A program made the translations under genes and the position numbers. From the NCBI GenBank assembly GCA_963796105.1, contig CAWCKJ010000008.1, forward strand, positions 32,001 through 96,000: 64,000 bases of DNA, written 5' to 3'. Below the pieces are notes generated by a model. It saw only the letters and a list, made by a program, of their open reading frames with translations, made no database searches and was not told where the DNA came from. Below, piece by piece: positions 10,305 through 20,008 of the stretch (positions within the stretch are counted from its first letter, which is position 1; each line of letters starts with the position of its first letter). This DNA comes from a candidate division FCPU426 bacterium (GTDB lineage Bacteria; Oederibacteriota; Muellerivitia; Muellerivitales; Muellerivitaceae).

Positions 10305-11090
10305 ATGAAAAATCATCTATTTGAATTTAATAAATCTTCAAAAGACCCGCGAAAGGAAACGTGGGATACTCAAAGAGAGACTTTGGATGATTTAGCGAAT
10401 GCTATTCATTATAACCGGTGGATTTACCATTTAATGGAACCCTACTTGGGGCGGAGAATTCTGGAGGTAGGGTGCGGAATTGGGAATATGACGTCCTATT
10501 TTTCAGATCGCGGAGATGTCTTAGCGATGGATTTTCATCAAGATTATTTAGATACAGCTCGAAGCGCATTAAAGTACAAAAAAAATGTACACTTTAAAAA
10601 AATGGATATATCAAGTAGTTTAAATCAAGTTCGATCATTCAAAGCTGATACGGTCGTTTGCGTCAATGTACTTGAACATATCCAAAATGATTTCCAGTTC
10701 CTAAAAGAATGTAATCAGTTATTACTCGATGGAGGAAGATTCCTGCTTTTTGTTCCGGCGCTTCAATTCATTTATGGTTCAATGGATAGAAGTTACGGAC
10801 ATTTTCGGAGGTATTATAAAAACAGGTTAGAAAAACTTTTTGAAAAGGCGGAATTTCATGTTTCCTTTTGCAGATATTTGAATCTCTTGGGGATTTTTGG
10901 TTGGTGGTTCAATGGACAAGTTCTTTGCAGGCCGATTGTTCCTCGGTCTCAAATGCTGGTTTATGACCAAATTGTTCGTTGGACTGGGAAGATTGAGAAT
11001 TGGCTTCCACGCCCCATTGGATTATCTTTATTCTGTGTTGGAGAAAAAAAAGGGGGAGGGCAAAGGGAACAAAAGGCTAAAATTTTTTAA
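10305..11090 (+). CDS. Class I SAM-dependent methyltransferase
   Basis: ILEVGCGIG, VCVNVLEHI, LLFVPA, GHFRRY motifs. Confidence 0.85.
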   Translation: MKNHLFEFNKSSKDPRKETWDTQRETLDDLANAIHYNRWIYHLMEPYLGRRILEVGCGIGNMTSYFSDRGDVLAMDFHQDYLDTARSALKYKKNVHFKKMDISSSLNQVRSFKADTVVCVNVLEHIQNDFQFLKECNQLLLDGGRFLLFVPALQFIYGSMDRSYGHFRRYYKNRLEKLFEKAEFHVSFCRYLNLLGIFGWWFNGQVLCRPIVPRSQMLVYDQIVRWTGKIENWLPRPIGLSLFCVGEKKGGGQREQKAKIF

Positions 11091-11485
11091 TAACTTAAAC
11101 GGAGATGCTTTTAGATTTATTTCGGTTTTTTATAAACTAAAGCTGGTTTTTAATACGCCGAAAATAAAAATGGATTTATTATTAGCATGGTTTATCCCTC
11201 TTTATATAAGGAAACTGGATTTATTAGTGAATTAGCCTATAACTTGTTTATATACTTAAGCTCTGGGGTGATTTTGAGAGTTCTTTCCAACCGCTTCGGA
11301 AAAAATGATACCATTTGAGCCGTATTAAAGGTTTTTGAACAAGTTGAGGATGACAACTAAAAAATCAAGATTGGTTTCAAATTGAAAATCTTTAAGAAGA
11401 ACAGTTTATCAGTAAATAACAAAGCATGAATTTAACAAAAACCGTTATAATTCCTGCTAATCATTATTAAATTAAGGAGTGCTTT

Positions 11486-12274
11486 ATGCCCAAGAAAATT
11501 GTTCGTAAAAAACGGCCTACCAGGACTCCCAAAAAAACAGTTCAAAGAAAAAGGCCGGCAAGGACTGCGAAAACAACGTTCGATAGTGTTGGAGCGGGTG
11601 TTGCAACTATGCCCCAAATGACAGAACCTAAAGCAGCGATAAATATCTCGAAATTTGTCCGGCGGGGAATAGTTGTGGTCTTTTTTATTTGGTTGGCCCA
11701 GTATTATTTGGAAAAGAAGAAGTTTGATTCCCCCGTTCCAGCTCGTGATGTTGCTGCGGCTTCCGCCGTACCAACTGCAGTGCCCGCCCCAGGTTCCGAA
11801 AAAAAACATGAGGCTGTGCATAAACAAAAACCCTCTGAAATGTCGACCACTTTGGATATTGATGGCTTTAAATCCAAGTCGGGTTATGTTGGTTGGTCAA
11901 AGGATGGAAACGGTAATCCCAATGTTGATAAAAATATAGGTGGTGAACCCTTTAAGGTCGCCGATAAGGTTTTCGAACACGGAATTGGAACATGCGCACC
12001 TTCTGATATCGTGTTCTCGTTAAACGGAAAGATAAAGCATTTCACTTGTAAAGTTGGGGCGGACAATGGGGGCGGCGATATTGACGCTGTGATTTTCTCA
12101 GTTTTAGTCGACGGAAAAAAACTTTTTAAAAGTCATATCATGAATCCCACTATGAAACCTGTTTATGTCGATGTTCCAACAAAGGGAGCCAAAGAGCTTT
12201 CGCTTCAAGTGAAATATGCTCATGGACATACTGAAAAAGGTTGGGCGGATTGGCTTGAACCCAAACTTCAATAA
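11486..12274 (+). CDS. Membrane-anchored NPCBM/NEW2 carbohydrate-binding protein
   Basis: Basic N-terminus, one TM helix, then FEHGIGTCAPSDIVFSL..FTCKVGAD..FSVLVDGKKLF..ADWLEPKL. Confidence 0.75.
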   Translation: MPKKIVRKKRPTRTPKKTVQRKRPARTAKTTFDSVGAGVATMPQMTEPKAAINISKFVRRGIVVVFFIWLAQYYLEKKKFDSPVPARDVAAASAVPTAVPAPGSEKKHEAVHKQKPSEMSTTLDIDGFKSKSGYVGWSKDGNGNPNVDKNIGGEPFKVADKVFEHGIGTCAPSDIVFSLNGKIKHFTCKVGADNGGGDIDAVIFSVLVDGKKLFKSHIMNPTMKPVYVDVPTKGAKELSLQVKYAHGHTEKGWADWLEPKLQ

Positions 12275-12372
12275 GTCCTTTGCGAAGGAATTATCTAAAG
12301 AATGATGCCAGTTAGTCCTTCGCTAAACCCTAAATTTTAAATATTTTTTTAAATTAACGAAGGCGGGGTTTA

Positions 12373-13500
12373 ATGCTTTTTTTTCATGCCGACTGCCGGC
12401 ATTTCACCGGAGAAAAACCCTGTTCCCCTCATAAAACCCAAGGAGTCGTTTGCAGGGAATGTCCGCGTTACGATCCGGTGCAAGAACGTATTCTGATCAT
12501 CAAACTAGACGCAGCTGGCGATGTATTAAGATCCACCTCTATTCTTCCCGCGTTTAAAAAAGACAATTCGGGATTATCAATTTGGTGGATTACAGAGAAA
12601 TCCTCTAAACCCCTTTTGGAAAACAATCCTCATATCGACGTAGTTTTGGAAATGGGGCCTGATTTAACGGGTCTTTTGTCCAAAACCGAATTTGGACGAG
12701 TCTTTAATTTTGATATGAGCCGACGGGCCTCAGCGATCCTCCAGGTTTGTCGTTCGCCAATCAAGAAGGGCTTTGGTCTTTCATTAGAAGGTGTTGTGGT
12801 CCCCCTGGAACCTTCCTCGGAAACATGGTTTGAGATGGGTATCTTTGATTCCGCGAAACGAGCCAATCGGAGAACATATCAATCTCATCTTTTTCAAATC
12901 GGTGGATTGAAATATTCAGGCGAAGAACCTCAGTTGGCCCTTTCAGATTCGGAAAAAGAGTGGGCCTTGAAATTCTTTGAAAGAAACAAATTATCCCATT
13001 TTAAAAGAATCATTGGCTTAAATATTGGTTCGGGTGGCCGCTGGCCGCTGAAACGCTGGCGCATGGATGGCTTTTGTTGGCTCGCAAAGCAAATAAAAAA
13101 AATGAACAAACGTTATGGGGTTTTACTTTATGGAGGGCCAGAGGAAAGGGAATTGATGAAGTCCATGAACCGGAAATTAAAAGGGATTTCCATTTCCACG
13201 GGCACTGAAAATTCTCTGAGACAATTCGCCTCATTGGTTAATTTGACGGATGTGTTAGTTTCCGGGGATACTTTGGCCCTTCATGTTGGAATAGCCTTAC
13301 GGAAACGTTTGGTTGCCTATTTTGGCCCCACCTCCGATTCTGAGATTGATCTCTATGGCCGGGGAATCAAAGTGCTCCCGTCCATTCCATGCGAATGTTT
13401 TTACCAGAATAAATGCAATAAAAAAGTCACTTGTATGGATCATTTGAAGGAATCTGAAATGTTATTGGGGGTTAAGAAACAGATTGAAGCTTTGGATTGA
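12373..13500 (+). CDS. GT9 (heptosyltransferase-like) glycosyltransferase
   Basis: ILIIKLDAAGDVLRST, LLENNPHID, KRW, VSGDTLALHVGIAL, FGPT. Confidence 0.9.
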   Translation: MLFFHADCRHFTGEKPCSPHKTQGVVCRECPRYDPVQERILIIKLDAAGDVLRSTSILPAFKKDNSGLSIWWITEKSSKPLLENNPHIDVVLEMGPDLTGLLSKTEFGRVFNFDMSRRASAILQVCRSPIKKGFGLSLEGVVVPLEPSSETWFEMGIFDSAKRANRRTYQSHLFQIGGLKYSGEEPQLALSDSEKEWALKFFERNKLSHFKRIIGLNIGSGGRWPLKRWRMDGFCWLAKQIKKMNKRYGVLLYGGPEERELMKSMNRKLKGISISTGTENSLRQFASLVNLTDVLVSGDTLALHVGIALRKRLVAYFGPTSDSEIDLYGRGIKVLPSIPCECFYQNKCNKKVTCMDHLKESEMLLGVKKQIEALD

Positions 13501-13591
13501 TGCGATCACTTCAAGGATGTATTCGGATTTAATTAAACGAATTAACCATATTTTTAACACAATACTCATTTTAAATTTAATTGAGAATTGA

Positions 13592-14311
13592 ATGAAAACA
13601 ATCGTCATGGTTCCCACTTACAATGAAAGGCAGAACATTGGCGAGCTTATCCGGCTTCTTCATGAGAGAGCTCAAGAAGCGGAAATACTCGTTGTTGATG
13701 ATTCTTCTCCGGATGGAACTTTTGAAGAGGTGAAAGTGTTGCAAGGAAATGACAATAAACTTCATCTGTTACTACGCGATAGGTCTGTCAAGGGCAGGGG
13801 CTGGGCTGGGAGAGATGGTTTTAGAAAAGCTTTATTTATGGGCGCGGATTTTGTAGTTGAAATGGATTCTGATTTATCCCACCAGCCTAAATTTGTGCCC
13901 GATTTATTGGAGCCGCTCCTTTCCAAGGATGCCGATGTAGTAATCGGAAGCCGTTATATTAAGGGCGGAAGGGACTTGGACCGGCCCTTTTACCGGCAAA
14001 TGACGAGTAACTTCGCCAAGCTTTATTTAAGATGGGTATTGGGTTTAAAGGTAAAGGACCCGACTTCGGGCTTCCGGGCCTTTACAAGTGAAGCCCTTCA
14101 AAAAATAAAAGTCGATACACTTAAAGCGAGAGATCCCTTTACAATTTCCGAGATTTTATTTAGATGTTTTCAGGCTAATTTGAGAATAGTTGAAGTGCCA
14201 ATTGAATTTATCGATCGCTCCAAAGGGATATCGAAGCTCCATGCATGGACCTTGATCCAGTATTTGGCAAGGGCTTTGATTTTAAGATTTAGGCCGCAAT
14301 TTCACGTATAA
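13592..14311 (+). CDS. GT2 polyprenol-monophosphate-sugar synthase (Dpm1/Ppm1-like)
   Basis: VPTYNERQNI, VVDDSSPDGT, MDSDLSH, IGSRY, DPTSGFRAF, EVPIEFIDR. Confidence 0.9.
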   Translation: MKTIVMVPTYNERQNIGELIRLLHERAQEAEILVVDDSSPDGTFEEVKVLQGNDNKLHLLLRDRSVKGRGWAGRDGFRKALFMGADFVVEMDSDLSHQPKFVPDLLEPLLSKDADVVIGSRYIKGGRDLDRPFYRQMTSNFAKLYLRWVLGLKVKDPTSGFRAFTSEALQKIKVDTLKARDPFTISEILFRCFQANLRIVEVPIEFIDRSKGISKLHAWTLIQYLARALILRFRPQFHV

Positions 14312-14388
14312 TTTTATATCGTCTGGCGGGGATTCATAATCATTTTGTTTCTAACAGTCCACCACCCTTTTAAATAAGGAAAAAAATC

Positions 14389-17187
14389 ATGACTTTAGGA
14401 AAATCCAAGTTAATAAAACCAATCACTTCAGAGAAAATTCTCGGCTATTTCTGGGCAAATCAAAAAAACATTTTGATAATGCTATTTTCTTTAGTTTTTA
14501 TAACAGGACAAGTTTTAATTCTATTCAAAGGGAATTTGAGTTTGGGCGTGATTGTTTCATTTTTTTCGGTTTTGGGAGGCTTTTGTTCTTATTTTTATGG
14601 GGACAGGTGGCTATTTCCTCTATTGAAAAGCAACAAAACTAAAACGCGGTCATATATGAAACCTGACGCCGTGGCCAAAAATACTTATCTAAAAACAATT
14701 CAGCCAGGGAAAAAAATGAAAGGTATTCCTAATAAGCGGATTCTTATCCTGCGAGGGATCGAGTTGTTAGCAGCATTCATTTTAGGAGGAGTCGGCCAAT
14801 GGTTTTGGATTCAATCCGGGAATTCCTCAACCTTGGGCAAAGGCGCGATTGCTTTTTTCGTGGCGGCACTTCTTTTGATTCACGGCTTAAGTCCTTGGTT
14901 TCGCGAAGGGCTTCAAAGACTATCATTGTCGATCAAGTGGGAATTAATAATCTTGGGGATAATCCTTGCTATCGCTGTTTTCTTCAGGGTTTATCGGATT
15001 GACACAATCCCGTCCGGGTTATTTATCGACCAAGGATTTGAAGGTTATTCTGCCCTCCGCATTCTTCATGAGGGGTGGAGACCTTTTTATGTGGAAGATA
15101 TATTTCATGCCTATGCCTTGGCTTTATATATGCTTGCCGCTTGGTTTAAGGCTTTTGGGTCTTCTGAAATAACTCTTAAACTTTTTTACGCTAGTCTTGC
15201 CATTATCGCTATGCCCCTTATTTATTGGACTTTCCGACAACTTGCGGGTCCGCGAATGGCGCTCCTCACTATTTTTATTTTGGCAGTGATGCGTTGGAAT
15301 GTTAATTTCAGCCGGAATGGATTTCCTACAGTTCAATTAACCCTCTATATTTTCGGGACACTTGCTTTCCTGCTTTATGGATTGAAAAATGGAAAACGCT
15401 GGGCATTTTTGGTCGCTGCATTCTTTTTTGCCGCTGGATTTTATACTTATCAAGCTTTTAAAATATTCCCTCTTTTGCTTCTGATTTATGCTTCGTATGA
15501 ATGGTTCGTAAATAAAAAAATGGTAAAGAAATACCATAAGTTTATCCTTGGCTTTGTTGTTCTAGCTTTAATCCTTACAGCACCATTGCTTTTCCACATG
15601 GTTAAAACCGGAACATGGGGGACCCGAGAAGGGGAGTTAATGTCCCGGAACTTTAAGCAGTTTATAAATGTCCTTTTTCGAACCGCGCTCATGTTCAACC
15701 GGCAAGGGGATCCAAATCCACGCCATAATTTACAAGATTACAGGATGCTGGACGATGTCTCGGGCGTTTTGTTAGTTTTAGGTTTGGCTTATGCCGTAAT
15801 GCGTTGTAAACGGCGTAAATATTTCTACTCCTTAGCCGGTTTTTTTGTCATGAGCCTTCCTTGCATTCTTTCCATCGATCCGGCTCATGCGAATCGCATG
15901 TTTGGCATGACTCCATATATGGCTTTCTTAATTGCCACGCCATTAGGGGCACTTTGGGGAAGGGTGGCGGATTATTTAGGCATGATGAGCGAGAAAATAT
16001 TTCTAAGTTTGCTCTTGGTTCCGCTTGGCTTTATGTCTTACCAAAATTTCGATGTTTATTTCAACAAACAGGCGAATAATTTCGGTTCCTGGGCAGAATA
16101 TTCATGCGTGGAGTCGGCGATTGGCAGGGCCATTTCCCAAAGGGGCCCCTCATATGAGTATTTTATTTCCCCAAATTATTTCAACCATTTCACCATTTCA
16201 TTTTTGGGTTATTCAAGCCTTTCACAGATTCACAGTTTTGATATACCAGGTTCTTTAATTCCCCTCCAAGTTCCAACGAACCGCGGTCTCTTTTTCGCGC
16301 TTCAAGAAGGAAGAACGGGCATTCTGAATTTGCTCCAGTCCATTTATCCTCAAGGGAAAGCCATCTATTCTAAAAATATCTTGGGAAAGGATTATGTTTA
16401 CTTTTTTGAGGTGCCCCCTTCCGTTTGGGCGAAATTCAGGGGTTTGACTGCAGATATTTCGACAGATTCCGGCTCCCTTCAAGTACCTGAATTTCCCAAT
16501 GGGCTGCCAACAGGGCCGTATCATGCGTCTTTTTCAGGTAGCGTTTATTTCAGGCAAATGGGCCGCTATAGGTTTTTAAATCTTGGAGAAGGGAATGCCC
16601 GTTTATATGTAAAAGGAATTCCTGTTTTGGGCTCTATTTACTTGTGTAAGGGATACAGGCCCATTCGGATTGATTGGGATGCCCCCCCTGGAGTTTCAAA
16701 ACCTGATTTCGCTTTGAAACCCGAATCTGGAGTGAATTTACCCTTAAATAGCACCTGTTTAACGACCACCCAAATCTCGGGCGGCCTCAACGCTGAATAT
16801 TTCCCCACTACCAATTGGAAAGGGAAAACAACTTTGAGCGAATGGGAACCCACTCCCAATTTTGCCAATGGAAATGATTTTCCCTTAAGATTAGGTTCAA
16901 TTTTGTGGGCAGGCAAGCTTCGAATTGATAAAACCGGTGTTTATGAATTTTACACCCTCACGGATGGGCAAGCTCGCTTATTGATCGACAGCAATGAAAT
17001 TATTCCAATCGGCATGAGCCGAGCCGGAAAAGTTGAGTTAACCCGCGGAAAGCACCGACTTGAACTTTTTTATAATTCGCCAACCGGGTTCTCGAATTTG
17101 TCGTTAAAGTGGCGAAAACCCGGTATGAAAGATATTGAGGTTATTCCCGAGACGGAATTTGACTCCCCGGGAGTCGCTTCAAAATAA
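14389..17187 (+). CDS. ArnT/PMT-like GT-C glycosyltransferase with C-terminal PA14-like domain(s)
   Basis: FRVYRIDTIPSGLFIDQ loop, many TMs, GDPNPRHN, then GLNAEYF..WAGKLRIDKTGVYEFYTLTDGQARLLID..GKHRLELFY. Confidence 0.8.
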   Translation: MTLGKSKLIKPITSEKILGYFWANQKNILIMLFSLVFITGQVLILFKGNLSLGVIVSFFSVLGGFCSYFYGDRWLFPLLKSNKTKTRSYMKPDAVAKNTYLKTIQPGKKMKGIPNKRILILRGIELLAAFILGGVGQWFWIQSGNSSTLGKGAIAFFVAALLLIHGLSPWFREGLQRLSLSIKWELIILGIILAIAVFFRVYRIDTIPSGLFIDQGFEGYSALRILHEGWRPFYVEDIFHAYALALYMLAAWFKAFGSSEITLKLFYASLAIIAMPLIYWTFRQLAGPRMALLTIFILAVMRWNVNFSRNGFPTVQLTLYIFGTLAFLLYGLKNGKRWAFLVAAFFFAAGFYTYQAFKIFPLLLLIYASYEWFVNKKMVKKYHKFILGFVVLALILTAPLLFHMVKTGTWGTREGELMSRNFKQFINVLFRTALMFNRQGDPNPRHNLQDYRMLDDVSGVLLVLGLAYAVMRCKRRKYFYSLAGFFVMSLPCILSIDPAHANRMFGMTPYMAFLIATPLGALWGRVADYLGMMSEKIFLSLLLVPLGFMSYQNFDVYFNKQANNFGSWAEYSCVESAIGRAISQRGPSYEYFISPNYFNHFTISFLGYSSLSQIHSFDIPGSLIPLQVPTNRGLFFALQEGRTGILNLLQSIYPQGKAIYSKNILGKDYVYFFEVPPSVWAKFRGLTADISTDSGSLQVPEFPNGLPTGPYHASFSGSVYFRQMGRYRFLNLGEGNARLYVKGIPVLGSIYLCKGYRPIRIDWDAPPGVSKPDFALKPESGVNLPLNSTCLTTTQISGGLNAEYFPTTNWKGKTTLSEWEPTPNFANGNDFPLRLGSILWAGKLRIDKTGVYEFYTLTDGQARLLIDSNEIIPIGMSRAGKVELTRGKHRLELFYNSPTGFSNLSLKWRKPGMKDIEVIPETEFDSPGVASK

Positions 17188-17459
17188 GAGGTTTTAGACT
17201 GCGGCTATCTCTTCGCAATTCAATGACTGCATTAAGCCCATTTAGGAAGGCGTTGAAAATACAGGCACCTGGCATATCCATTAAGGATTCACAAAGCATT
17301 CGATGGGGAAACTTCTTTTTTTTTCTATAGTATGATAATCTTTCCGGTCACTAAATATTCTATTATTTCAATCCTGCCGGACTAAGAAATTTTTTAATTT
17401 TAATTCTTATATCGGGGGAAAGTTTAGCTTTTTAAACATTAATAGCGGGAGTAAATCTT

Positions 17460-19934
17460 TTGCCTCGGAAAAGGAAAAGCAAGACTACAAAAACTATAAA
17501 CGAGCTTCAAAACCCGCCAGCGGTTGCTTCGAAATCCCATCATGCATTAACCTTGTTGCTCATCCTAGGATGGATTTTAATTTCTCTGTATTTTCTGGGT
17601 CTTCAAAATTTCCATCCTGTTTTCAATGTGCCACCAAACATACCCCCAAGGCTCATGAAACTATTGGGATTCCAGTTTTTCCTCGGTGCGGGTTTTATCG
17701 CATTAATGTTTCTCAATAAACCCGAATCTAATTTAACGGGTGATATCGGAAGAAACCATTCCCGTATGTTGCTTTTAGGGATCATGGCTTTGACGGCATT
17801 TATGAGACTTTATCAAGCTGATTCCATTCCCGGCCATTACTGGGATGACTTTTTCTTGCCGATCGAAGACGGCTGTCAAATTGCCGATTATCATAAATTT
17901 TCTGTTTTCGGAACGTTTCAAGATGGCGAACCCCTTTATGGCTATGTTCTTGGTGCGGTTTTATACCTTTTTCCCAAATGGGATGGCCTACTCATCCAAC
18001 GCTTAGTCGCAACCGGGTTCGATCTTTTCGCTGTTTGGATTTTTTACTTACTCGGAAAAGAATTTGGAAAACGCCGAATCGGTATTTTAATGGCTTCCTT
18101 TGGCGCGATGAACAAACCCATGATCATGATGATTTTTAGCTATATGCGTTTCGTAACCATTCCTGCGTTTACAGCTCTCAGCCTCCTGTTTTCATTGCGC
18201 TTGTTTAAAAAACCAAACTTGTCCCATTTTATTCAATGGGGTGCCACAATCGCCGTGGGTTACTACACCTATACGGCTTACCGGCTCTTAGGACTTTTTA
18301 TTGTATTCGCGGTATTGGCTTGGGTTCTTTTTAGGAAGAAACTTACAACCATAACTATTCATGAAGGCCTTTTAGGTTCTGGATTAGCTGGGATCATTTT
18401 TTTGATTTTCATTTATCAAAATCGAACTTGCTTAAATCCACAATCCGGACTTAAAAACAGCGTGGTCTTTTTAGCGGAAAACGGGAAATTGGTTATTGTC
18501 TTATTGATGGGATGGATATTCTGGGAATACCTAATGAAAGTGCGCAAGGGCATTGGGGATAAAATCCTACTTTACTACACCATAAGTGTTCTTCTCATCA
18601 TGGCTTTGGTTTATCCTATTTTTTCAGGAGGGGAGAGAGTTTCCAGCCGTTTATATTCAATATTAAGTCTTTCCCCGGCCGATTCATCTTTTTTTCAAAT
18701 TGCTCGTATTCTTTTCAACCGCGTCCTTACTACTTTCAATACCTTATTTCATACCGGGCTGGACCGGGAAGATATCAATATATTCGGTGATCCCTATTTT
18801 GGAGTGGCGGACTTAATTTGCGTCTTTCCTGGCTTAATTTATGTTCTTTTTAAACCCTCTTGGAAAAAAACTTTTATTCTTTTAACGGCTTTTGCTGGAC
18901 TAAGTCCGCATATATTTGCTGATCCGGGGGGCAATAGGTTGGTGGGATGCATTGTTCCATTGCTTTTGATCGGAGCCCTGGGTTTTGATCAAATGTTTGA
19001 GGCGACAACCGCCTGCTCTGGGCGTCATTTGGGGTTTGGATTGGGAGTTCTGGCCTGGCTTGGCCTTTTAAGTTTCGGCTCCTATTCCACATTTGAAAAA
19101 GTATATTTTCATTTCAACACTAAAAAGCGCCATGAAGTCATCATGGCGGAGCAACTTAGGAAAGATTGCGAGAACAGCCGCGTATATGGTTATTATGAAG
19201 GCTCTGGTCCGACGAATGTTATGAACGAAAATTTCGTATCTTATTGGTTGTCCTTGGATTCAAATCCGGTTTATTTGGGCTCGGAAGAGAAAACCCCTAA
19301 TATAACTGTTTTGATCCAGAGTGATATTATTCCAAGACTTCCAGGGCTTATTGAAAAAATGAGAACTCAATTTCCGAATGGGAAGTGGGATAAGATTAGT
19401 TTTGATCCTAATAGCCCGCCTGGCAATTTCTGCATAGTCCGATTTTTTATTCCGGGCAGTCAGATATCAGCGGATAATTCTAAATTATTCTATGCCGCAA
19501 GGATTCCAAAGCCAAAATGGACAAGAAGATTTTTTATGGACCGCTACCGCATTGGCCGGGGAGTTGTCCTCGCGGAGGACCGCGTTGAAGACGTGAATGA
19601 GCCATTACCAATAGGAATACAAAAAAGATCTATTCTTTTTTCAAATCCCTCTGTGTCAATTCGTGTGGAGGGCGTTTTTCATGCAACTGAGGATGGCCAA
19701 TACAAATTTTCGACTGAAACAGATAATGCAACCGATCTTTGGCTTAACGATCATTTAATCCTTTATCTCAGGCCATGGGGTAAAACAAAATATTCAAAAA
19801 AGTTATTTCTTGCTAAGGGCGATTATGCCGTCCGTTTGATGACCCATTCCCCTGGTGCTGAGAAAATTCCTAACTTGACTGTTATTTATCCTTCTTCGGA
19901 AGAATCGAAAGATTTTTTCAAAACAGCTTCATGA
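17460..19934 (+). CDS. ArnT/PMT-like GT-C glycosyltransferase with PA14-like tail
   Basis: MRLYQADSIPGHYWDD loop, many TMs, tail EGVFHATEDGQYKFSTETDNATDLWLND..GDYAVRL; TTG start. Confidence 0.75.
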   Translation: MPRKRKSKTTKTINELQNPPAVASKSHHALTLLLILGWILISLYFLGLQNFHPVFNVPPNIPPRLMKLLGFQFFLGAGFIALMFLNKPESNLTGDIGRNHSRMLLLGIMALTAFMRLYQADSIPGHYWDDFFLPIEDGCQIADYHKFSVFGTFQDGEPLYGYVLGAVLYLFPKWDGLLIQRLVATGFDLFAVWIFYLLGKEFGKRRIGILMASFGAMNKPMIMMIFSYMRFVTIPAFTALSLLFSLRLFKKPNLSHFIQWGATIAVGYYTYTAYRLLGLFIVFAVLAWVLFRKKLTTITIHEGLLGSGLAGIIFLIFIYQNRTCLNPQSGLKNSVVFLAENGKLVIVLLMGWIFWEYLMKVRKGIGDKILLYYTISVLLIMALVYPIFSGGERVSSRLYSILSLSPADSSFFQIARILFNRVLTTFNTLFHTGLDREDINIFGDPYFGVADLICVFPGLIYVLFKPSWKKTFILLTAFAGLSPHIFADPGGNRLVGCIVPLLLIGALGFDQMFEATTACSGRHLGFGLGVLAWLGLLSFGSYSTFEKVYFHFNTKKRHEVIMAEQLRKDCENSRVYGYYEGSGPTNVMNENFVSYWLSLDSNPVYLGSEEKTPNITVLIQSDIIPRLPGLIEKMRTQFPNGKWDKISFDPNSPPGNFCIVRFFIPGSQISADNSKLFYAARIPKPKWTRRFFMDRYRIGRGVVLAEDRVEDVNEPLPIGIQKRSILFSNPSVSIRVEGVFHATEDGQYKFSTETDNATDLWLNDHLILYLRPWGKTKYSKKLFLAKGDYAVRLMTHSPGAEKIPNLTVIYPSSEESKDFFKTAS

Positions 19935-20008
19935 ATAAATTTAAGTTAAGAATTAGGGAAATATGGATGCGGTCCTCATAACGATCCTATTTTTAAAGGA
20001 ATGTTTTA

